Under the pieces are notes generated by a model. It worked only from the letters and a program-made list of their open reading frames with translations. It ran no database searches and had not been told where the DNA came from. This document shows, in pieces, positions 1-5,969 of a stretch of DNA of 17,963 bases. Origin of the DNA: Candidatus Eiseniibacteriota bacterium (GTDB taxonomy: Bacteria > Eisenbacteria > RBG-16-71-46 > JABDJR01 > JAWXBZ01). Made by a program: the position numbers and the translations under genes. The DNA is taken from NCBI GenBank assembly GCA_034440375.1, contig JAWXBZ010000044.1, positions 1-17,963 on the forward strand, in the 5' to 3' direction. Positions within the stretch are counted from its first letter, which is position 1. Each line of letters starts with the position of its first letter.

Positions 1-114
1 GACGGCGCCGTCATGAAAATCGAGTCTGACAACGAGGATGAAGATGAGGATGAGGACGAGGGTGACGACGATGATGAGGACGAAGGCGACGATGACGATG
101 GGGAAGACGAGTAG
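1..114 (+). CDS. 3' end of a gene entering the window, ending in an Asp/Glu-rich tail; product unknown (weakly PepSY-like ending)
   Basis: Frame 1 reads DGAVMKIESDNEDEDEDEDEGDDDDEDEGDDDDGEDE, with TAG at 112-114. Not in the ORF track because it is truncated. Confidence 0.7.
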   Translation, partial: DGAVMKIESDNEDEDEDEDEGDDDDEDEGDDDDGEDE

Positions 115-158
115 CTAGGATCGAGCTTGATCCAGGCTGGAGGAATCCACCGAGGGGG

Positions 159-557
159 CTAATCCCCGATTCGTCGAACTCCCGGAAATCCGTCAAAGGC
201 CCGGTCGAAACTCATGATTCGGGTGATCCCGTGAGATTCCATGATCGCAAGGTGCAAGGCGTCGCGGGCCGACAGGCGCGGGTGACCCAGGGTGATCGTC
301 CTTGCGCGTAGGACCTCCTCCAGGGTGACCGGAAAGACTTCCTCGACAACACCCAGCAGCGCGTCGAATGCCGGCTGGATGGCCTCCCGCCGGTTGATGG
401 CGGTGTAGCGATGGAGAATCTCCTGAAGTACTTCGGCGTCGGTGACCAGCCGTTCGCGTGCCGTCATGGCCGATTCGAGTTGCCGTTGCGCCGGAAGCTT
501 GTGCGGGTGTGGGGCCCCCACCAGGTACATGATCACGTTGGAATCGACGAGGATCAT
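159..557 (-). CDS. vapC: VapC-family PIN-domain toxin (ribonuclease)
   Basis: 132 aa with PIN acidic motifs [21 protein letters not shown] and SFDRAFD. Start overlaps the antitoxin stop (ATGA, 554-557). Confidence 0.93.
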   Translation of the reverse strand: MILVDSNVIMYLVGAPHPHKLPAQRQLESAMTARERLVTDAEVLQEILHRYTAINRREAIQPAFDALLGVVEEVFPVTLEEVLRARTITLGHPRLSARDALHLAIMESHGITRIMSFDRAFDGFPGVRRIGD

Positions 558-811
558 GAATCCCCATCGTCCAGATATCCCCCCTCAATTTCGGAGAGCA
601 TCGGGCCGATGTCGCCCGTGGGGAATGAATGGCATGCGGCCTCACGCACGACGTCGAATCGCTTTTCACTGCGCGCCCGAGGCTCTTGACGGCGTGCCGC
701 CCGCAGCACCTGACGAACCCACTCGGCAACCGTCATCTTCTTCTCACGTGCGACCCGCTGAATGTCTCGAAATTCAGCGTCATCCATGAGGACCTGCATT
801 CTCTTACTCAT
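554..811 (-). CDS. vapB: Antitoxin, ribbon-helix-helix (CopG-like), VapB role
   Basis: 85 aa. N-terminus [34 protein letters not shown] fits the RHH pattern; acidic C-terminus; translationally coupled to the PIN gene. Confidence 0.85.
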   Translation of the reverse strand: MSKRMQVLMDDAEFRDIQRVAREKKMTVAEWVRQVLRAARRQEPRARSEKRFDVVREAACHSFPTGDIGPMLSEIEGGYLDDGDS

Positions 812-845
812 GTGATGAGTCTATCATACTCATAGTATGAATCAA
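806..845 (-). promoter_or_regulatory. vapBC promoter with two operator-like palindromes
   Basis: Minus strand: TTGATT (845-840), 16 nt, TAGACT (823-818, preceded by TGa), 6 nt, ATG. Palindromes ACTCAT-gtg-ATGAGT (806-820) and TCATACT-cat-AGTATGA (824-840). Confidence 0.75.
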
Positions 846-1059
846 AGTCGATCCTTTTCGCATTAATAGCCCCGTTGCCGGCCGATCCCCATTTCTCTTT
901 CTCCCGGGCCCACTACTTGCACTCGCGTGAGGATTGAAACTCCCTGTCCCAAATTTTCCCCGTTCACGGCGCACTCAACCGAGGCGCCGAAATTGGCGCG
1001 GCGGCGGCACCGACCCCGTCGCGACCGCACTTCACCTGGTCGGCATCGAGGCTCGTCCA

Positions 1060-2907
1060 ATGAAAAACACCCGACTCTGGAAGCCCGCATCACTACCTTC
1101 GTACTGGCCCAAAACGTCCGCCACACTTCTTCTCGGACTATTCGCGGCAGCCAGCGGGCCGGGAGGCGCGGAGGCCGGCCCGGTCATGCTTGACAAGCAT
1201 CTGGCGGTTCGTACCGCGGTCGATGGGCTGGTCACGCCCATCAGCATGGCCTTTATCGACACCGATGACATGCTCGTGCTCGAGAAGAACACCGGCAAGG
1301 TTCAGCGGGTGACGGGGGGCATCCTATCGACCGTCCTGGATCTGGCGGTCAACTTCGGCTCCGAACGGGGCCTTCTCGGGATCGCGCTGCATCCAGATTT
1401 TGAGAACAACCCCGCCGTCTTCCTTTTCTGGACGGAGAGCACGACGGGCGGCGACACGGACGCGCTCGACGGCACGCCACTGCTTGGCAACCGCGTTGAC
1501 CGGTATCTCTGGAATGGTTCGAATCTCGTGTTCGATCGGAATATCGCCCACCTGAGGGCGCTGCAGCCTCCGAATCCCCCGCGCGAAACGCGCGAGGGCG
1601 GCAACCATAACGGCGGTGTGCTGAGATTCGGACCCGACGACAAGCTGTACCTCGTGATCGGCGACAATGGCCGGCGTGGCCAGTTGCAGAATCTGGTAAA
1701 CGGTCCGATCGGGCCGGGCCTGGGCGATGACCAGTTCGGCGGGCCGGAGCCGGATGACGCCCATTTGACCGGCGTCGTGCTCCGGCTGAATGCCGACGGT
1801 ACGACACCCGTCGACAATCCTTTCTTTGCGGCCGGGGCGGCCATGGGCGGCCCTGTCGGTGCAAATGTTCAGAAGATCTTCGCGTACGGCATTCGGAACA
1901 CGTTTGGCCTCGACTTCGACCCGGAATCGGGCCACCTGTGGGCTCAGATCCACGGGGACGACTCGTTCGATGAACTCGACCGGATCGAACGGGGAGCCAA
2001 CGGCGGCTGGATCCAGTTGATTGGTCCGTCCGGGCGGGTGGCGCAGTTCAAGGCCATCGAGACGGACTCCGTCACGGTCGACCCGGTCACCAACCGCACC
2101 TATTTCGGCCTCCAGCAGGTGCGATGGTCGCCCCTCAACATCGCCGATACACCCGGGGAGGCGCTCTCGCGCCTGTTCATGCTGCCGGGCTCGCACTACG
2201 ACGAGCCGGAATTCAGCTGGAAGTATGCGGTGGCTCCCGGCGGTATCGGATTCCTCCGGGGTCGGGGCCTGGGTCCGCAGTTCGCCGGCGACCTCTTCGT
2301 GGCCGCTTCGCGGCCGTTCCTGGAGGACGGTTACCTGTTCCGATTCAAGTTGAATGGCAACCGCCGTTCGATCGCCTCGGAGGACCCGCGGCTGGCCGAT
2401 CGTGTGGCCGACAACGACCACAAATTCGACATCAAGGAAAGCGAGAGTCTGCTGATCGGCACGGGCTTCGGCGTGGGAACGGACATTCAGACCGGCCCCA
2501 ACGGTCATCTCTATGTGGTGTCGCTGACGCACGGAACCGTTTACGAAATCTACTCCGACAAACCGGGGCGTGGCCCGAAAGAGAAGGCATCGAACGAGAC
2601 CGACGGTTCACCACAGGATGATGAAGGCCGGGGGGTGATCCGGCTGGCCGCCGACCCCTCCTCCTTCCGCGATGTGACAACCATCCGTTTCGAGCGGACG
2701 ACGCCCGGGCCGACAACCATCACGATATTCGATGCGCTCGGACGGCAGGTCCGTGTTCTTGCCAACGACGATCTCGACGCGGGCCGCCACGAACTCGCCT
2801 GGGATGGCCGTGACGATGCGGGGCGCGATCTGGCCGGCGGGATCTACTTCGTGCATTTGAAGGCTGAGAAAGATACCCTCGTGCGAAAGCTCATCATTAT
2901 TCGCTGA
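1060..2907 (+). CDS. Secreted PQQ-dependent sugar dehydrogenase family (glucose/sorbosone dehydrogenase-type beta-propeller) protein with C-terminal FlgD-Ig/T9SS-like domain
   Basis: Motifs ERGLLGIALHPDF, NHNGGVLRFGPDDKLY, YGIRNTFGLDFDP and GPNGHLYV. ATG 1060 follows GAGG and opens a signal-like segment ending AEA, so it is preferred to the ORF-track start at 934. Tail IFDALGRQV..WDGRDDAGR..GIYFV..RKLIIIR. Confidence 0.85.
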   Translation: MKNTRLWKPASLPSYWPKTSATLLLGLFAAASGPGGAEAGPVMLDKHLAVRTAVDGLVTPISMAFIDTDDMLVLEKNTGKVQRVTGGILSTVLDLAVNFGSERGLLGIALHPDFENNPAVFLFWTESTTGGDTDALDGTPLLGNRVDRYLWNGSNLVFDRNIAHLRALQPPNPPRETREGGNHNGGVLRFGPDDKLYLVIGDNGRRGQLQNLVNGPIGPGLGDDQFGGPEPDDAHLTGVVLRLNADGTTPVDNPFFAAGAAMGGPVGANVQKIFAYGIRNTFGLDFDPESGHLWAQIHGDDSFDELDRIERGANGGWIQLIGPSGRVAQFKAIETDSVTVDPVTNRTYFGLQQVRWSPLNIADTPGEALSRLFMLPGSHYDEPEFSWKYAVAPGGIGFLRGRGLGPQFAGDLFVAASRPFLEDGYLFRFKLNGNRRSIASEDPRLADRVADNDHKFDIKESESLLIGTGFGVGTDIQTGPNGHLYVVSLTHGTVYEIYSDKPGRGPKEKASNETDGSPQDDEGRGVIRLAADPSSFRDVTTIRFERTTPGPTTITIFDALGRQVRVLANDDLDAGRHELAWDGRDDAGRDLAGGIYFVHLKAEKDTLVRKLIIIR

Positions 2908-2921
2908 CGATTGAGTTCTCT

Positions 2922-2950
2922 AGGTGCGCCCGGATCGACCGGGCGCACCT
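2922..2950. terminator. Perfect 12-bp hairpin between convergent genes; possible bidirectional terminator or 3'-end stabiliser
   Basis: AGGTGCGCCCGG-atcga-CCGGGCGCACCT, extendable by TGAGTT (2912-2917)/AACTCA (2952-2957). No U-tract on either side. Confidence 0.55.
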
Positions 2951-2954
2951 CAAC

Positions 2955-4040
2955 TCATATCGATCGCTTGTCCGGCCGGCGGCGGGCCTCGCGGTGGATC
3001 TGCTTCCACCGGTGCTGTTCCGCCAGACGGGCCTGGATGTTCGTCCGCGCCTCATGATGGCGGACTTCCCGCTCCAGCTTGCGATAGCTCTGGAACCGAC
3101 CGGCGTCGAGCGTTCCGGCTTCGAGGGCGGCGCGCACGGCGCAACCGGGCTCTGCTTCGTGGGCGCAATCGCGGAAACGGCACTCGCCGGCCAGTGCCTC
3201 CAGGTCAGCAAATGTCTGTTCAAGGCCGTCGGCACCTTCCCAGAGGAGGACGGTTCGCATCCCGGGCGTGTCGAGCAGGATTGCCCCGCCGGGAAGCACG
3301 ACGAGCTGGCGCGACGTGGTGGTGTGACGACCCCGGTCGTCGTCACGGATGGCCTTGACCCGTGCCACTTCACGGCCGGCCAGTTGATTCAGAATCGTCG
3401 ACTTCCCGACCCCGGAGGAGCCGACCAGGGCCACGGTACGTCCGGGCACGAGATACGGCGAGAGGGAATCCATGCCGCCCGGCAACACGGCGCTGGTGCG
3501 AAGCACGGCCACGCCCCGGGCGACGGAACGAACCTGGGCTTCCGTCTCGTCCGCCTCCGGCTGGAGATCGAGCTTGGACAGCACGATGACCGGTTCGGCA
3601 CCGCTTTCCCACAGCAGCGTCAGGTATCGCTCGAGTCGGCGACAATTCAGATCACGATTGAGCGATTGAACCAGGAAGACGGTGTCGACGTTCGCGGCCA
3701 CGATCTGCTCGACCGTTCGCCGACCCGGCGCCTGTCGGGAGAATGCGGTTCGTCGATTCAGGACGTGATGAATCACGGCCGCCCCGCCAGCCGGATCAGC
3801 CGGAAATCGGGCCAGGATCCAATCCCCCACGGTGGGTCGCAGGGCAAGAGACTGATCGATTTCGTGGAGGAGGCGGCCGGCGAGCGTGGCCGCCCAGCGG
3901 CCCGTTTCGTTCAGCAACTGGTAGTGGCCGCGCTGCTCGTCCGCGACGCGGGCCGGTGCTAAGTCATCGGTGGCATGGGAATCCATCTGGCCATCGAAAA
4001 AGGCGTCCCATCCGAGGGATGCGAGAGTCGTGATATTCAT
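2955..4040 (-). CDS. rsgA: Ribosome small subunit-dependent GTPase A (circularly permuted GTPase, long form with LGW N-terminus)
   Basis: SKLD (G4) precedes GSSGVGKS (G1), GRHTT (G2) and DTPG (G3); Zn site CRFRDCAHEAEPGC. Start ATG at 4040 (MNITTLASLGW) after AAAGG; the ORF-track start at 4418 runs through the tRNA. Confidence 0.95.
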   Translation of the reverse strand: MNITTLASLGWDAFFDGQMDSHATDDLAPARVADEQRGHYQLLNETGRWAATLAGRLLHEIDQSLALRPTVGDWILARFPADPAGGAAVIHHVLNRRTAFSRQAPGRRTVEQIVAANVDTVFLVQSLNRDLNCRRLERYLTLLWESGAEPVIVLSKLDLQPEADETEAQVRSVARGVAVLRTSAVLPGGMDSLSPYLVPGRTVALVGSSGVGKSTILNQLAGREVARVKAIRDDDRGRHTTTSRQLVVLPGGAILLDTPGMRTVLLWEGADGLEQTFADLEALAGECRFRDCAHEAEPGCAVRAALEAGTLDAGRFQSYRKLEREVRHHEARTNIQARLAEQHRWKQIHREARRRPDKRSI

Positions 4041-4198
4041 GTTGGTCGAGCCTTTCGGACAATCGAACGGAGGCCGGCTGGCCGTAAGTCGCCCGACGGG
4101 CCAGGTTTCGCCCGGAGCGCACGGCATGATCCCGTGAGTGTGTCGAGAGATCGGTGACGGACCGGGGAGCCGGGGCGCGGATGCCGGCGGCGTTGGTG

Positions 4199-4258
4199 CT
4201 AGCGGCGGGCCTGGCGGCCGCGCGGGGCTCCCGGAAGGGCAGGAACAATTGTCGTCAT
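4199..4258 (-). CDS. Putative leader peptide (uORF) upstream of rsgA: MTTIVPALPGAPRGRQARR
   Basis: GGAGG 4 nt before ATG at 4258; 19 codons; TAG at 4201-4199; same strand as rsgA, ending 158 nt before its start. Confidence 0.45.
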   Translation of the reverse strand: MTTIVPALPGAPRGRQARR

Positions 4259-4276
4259 GGGCCCTCCGGGTGATCG

Positions 4277-4302
4277 AAAAGGGCCCCGGCGAACCGGGGC
4301 CC
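4277..4302 (-). terminator. Intrinsic terminator downstream of tRNA-Gly
   Basis: Minus strand GGGCCCCGG-TTCG-CCGGGGCCC-TTTT: 9-bp GC stem, UUCG loop, short 4-U tract, 12 nt after the tRNA CCA. Confidence 0.8.
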
Positions 4303-4314
4303 CTGAAGGTGTAA

Positions 4315-4391
4315 TGGAGCGGAAGACGGGATTCGAACCCGCGACAACCACCTTGGCAAGGTGGAGCTCTACCGGGCTGAGCTACTTCCGC
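4315..4391 (-). tRNA. tRNA-Gly (anticodon GCC)
   Basis: 77 nt: acceptor stem GCGGAAG/CTTCCGC, D-arm GCTC/GAGC, anticodon arm CCACC-TTGCCAA-GGTGG, T-loop TTCGAAT, discriminator U, encoded CCA. Confidence 0.98.
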
Positions 4392-4435
4392 CTCGGAACG
4401 GCGCCGACCGATCTTCAAGTCGAAACCGGTGGAGG

Positions 4436-4464
4436 AAGATATCGGCTCCCGCCGGCACTGTCAA
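4436..4464 (-). promoter_or_regulatory. Sigma70-type promoter for tRNA-Gly
   Basis: TTGACA (4464-4459), 17 nt, TATCTT (4441-4436); about 45 nt upstream of the mature tRNA 5' end. Confidence 0.75.
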
Positions 4465-4483
4465 GCAGATATCATGCGCCGGC

Positions 4484-5704
4484 ATGGCACTCCAAATACA
4501 CAAATTCGGTGGAACATCGGTTGGCTCGCCCGAGCGCATCCAGGCCGTGGCCGGGCGCCTGGCTGTCCTGCGATCCCGGGGACACGATCTGGTCATCGTG
4601 GTTTCCGCGATGGGCGACACGACCGATGAGTTGCTGGGACTGGCCGCCAGGATTTCCGACAACCCGCACCGCCGCGAGATGGACATGCTTCTCTCGGCCG
4701 GGGAGCGGATTTCAATGGCTCTTCTCTCGATGGCCCTCAATGCCATCGGCTGCCCGGCTGTGTCATTCACCGGAAGCCAGAGCGGCATCATCACCGACTC
4801 GGGCCACGGTCGCGCCCGGATCGTCGATATCAAGCCGATTCGGATTCGCCAGGAACTGGACAAGGGACGCGTCGTCATCGTGGCCGGATTCCAGGGGGTC
4901 AGTCCCGAAAAAGAAGTGACCACGCTGGGACGTGGTGGCTCCGACACGTCGGCCGTGGCCCTGGCCATCGCCTTCCGGGCGGCCGAGTGTCACATCTGGA
5001 CCGACGTGGATGGCGTCATGACCGCCGATCCCCTTCTCGTGCCACAGGCGCGTCACATCCGTCGCCTCGATTTCGATACCATGCTCGAGTTCTCCAGCCG
5101 CGGGGCCGGCGTCATCAACGTGCGTGCCGTCGAGCTGGGACGCAAGTTTCAAATGCCGATCGTCATCCTCAACAGCCTGCGGGACCATTCCGGTACCCGC
5201 GTCGAGGGCCATTCCGACATGGAACAAATGGGTATCACCGGCGTCACCGCCAACGATCGACTCATCGAATTTCGAATCGGGGGCCTGCGACTCGACATGG
5301 CGGGCCTGGCGGAATTCCTGGGCCGGCTGATCAGCCTCGGTCTCGATCTTTCGGGACTGCATGACGATGTGGACGGTTCGGGGACTCACGGGCTGTCGTT
5401 CCTGGCACCGGATCTGCCGGAGAACCGGCGTGGCTTTGATCAGATCGAAGCGATGGCCAGCGCGGCCGGCGGACAGACTCAGCGCGACGAGGATGTCGGC
5501 AGCGTCTCGGTCGTGACCAGCGGCGTCATCCAGGCCGGACCGCTGGCCCGACGAATTGTCGATTGCCTGGCCCGGGCGGGCGTTCAGGCCCGATCGCTGA
5601 GCTCCGGTACGACCTCGATCACCCTGCTGGTCGATCGTGCCTCGATACCGACGGCGGTGGCCGCGTTGCACCGGGAACTGGTCGAGGATTCGGCTCCGGC
5701 GTGA
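4484..5704 (+). CDS. lysC: Aspartate kinase (monofunctional LysC/AKII-like, C-terminal ACT-like region)
   Basis: KFGGTS, VVSAMG, TTLGRGGSDTSA and TDVDGVMTADP. Start ATG 4484 (MALQIHKFGG); the ORF-track start at 4361 lies inside the tRNA. Confidence 0.93.
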   Translation: MALQIHKFGGTSVGSPERIQAVAGRLAVLRSRGHDLVIVVSAMGDTTDELLGLAARISDNPHRREMDMLLSAGERISMALLSMALNAIGCPAVSFTGSQSGIITDSGHGRARIVDIKPIRIRQELDKGRVVIVAGFQGVSPEKEVTTLGRGGSDTSAVALAIAFRAAECHIWTDVDGVMTADPLLVPQARHIRRLDFDTMLEFSSRGAGVINVRAVELGRKFQMPIVILNSLRDHSGTRVEGHSDMEQMGITGVTANDRLIEFRIGGLRLDMAGLAEFLGRLISLGLDLSGLHDDVDGSGTHGLSFLAPDLPENRRGFDQIEAMASAAGGQTQRDEDVGSVSVVTSGVIQAGPLARRIVDCLARAGVQARSLSSGTTSITLLVDRASIPTAVAALHRELVEDSAPA

Positions 5705-5730
5705 AACTAGTCCAGCAACCCAGTGCCACG

Positions 5731-5797
5731 TTGTTTATTCACATGAGAATATAGACATCCATATTATTTTTTTGGTTAATTTCTTCCTTTTTGTACA
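5731..5797. promoter_or_regulatory. AT-rich intergenic tract upstream of the large secreted-protein gene
   Basis: ttgtttattc...atattattttTTTggttaatttcttcctttttgtac stands out from the GC-rich background; no single promoter can be assigned. Confidence 0.35.
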
Positions 5798-5969
5798 TCC
5801 CTGACCCCCATTCCGGCGCTTTCCCGCGTTGGCTAGTAAACCCACTCTCGCTGACCGCCTTTCCTGACCTGGCGGGAGCGGTGGGTGACGTCTGAGTGGG
5901 ACCGGCATCTCCGGAGCCCGGAATTGTCTGCATTCCTGGATTACGCACAATTCGGAAGGAAGGCCAACA

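Noticed and set aside
34..111. GAC/GAT/GAG repeats as a CRISPR or non-coding tandem repeat
   Set aside because: No repeat-spacer structure; explained by the poly-Asp/Glu coding tail.
887..894. CCCCATTT as a sigma32 -10 element
   Set aside because: No CTTGAA-like -35 at the expected spacing here or at the similar site near 5806.
1..4391. Possible genomic island integrated at tRNA-Gly, suggested by the vapBC pair beyond its 3' end
   Set aside because: No integrase, and no duplicate of the tRNA 3' end seen in the window; sequence beyond the left edge is unknown.
4041..4418. 126-aa N-terminal extension of RsgA in the ORF track
   Set aside because: It runs through the tRNA and its terminator; RsgA-like sequence begins at ATG 4040.
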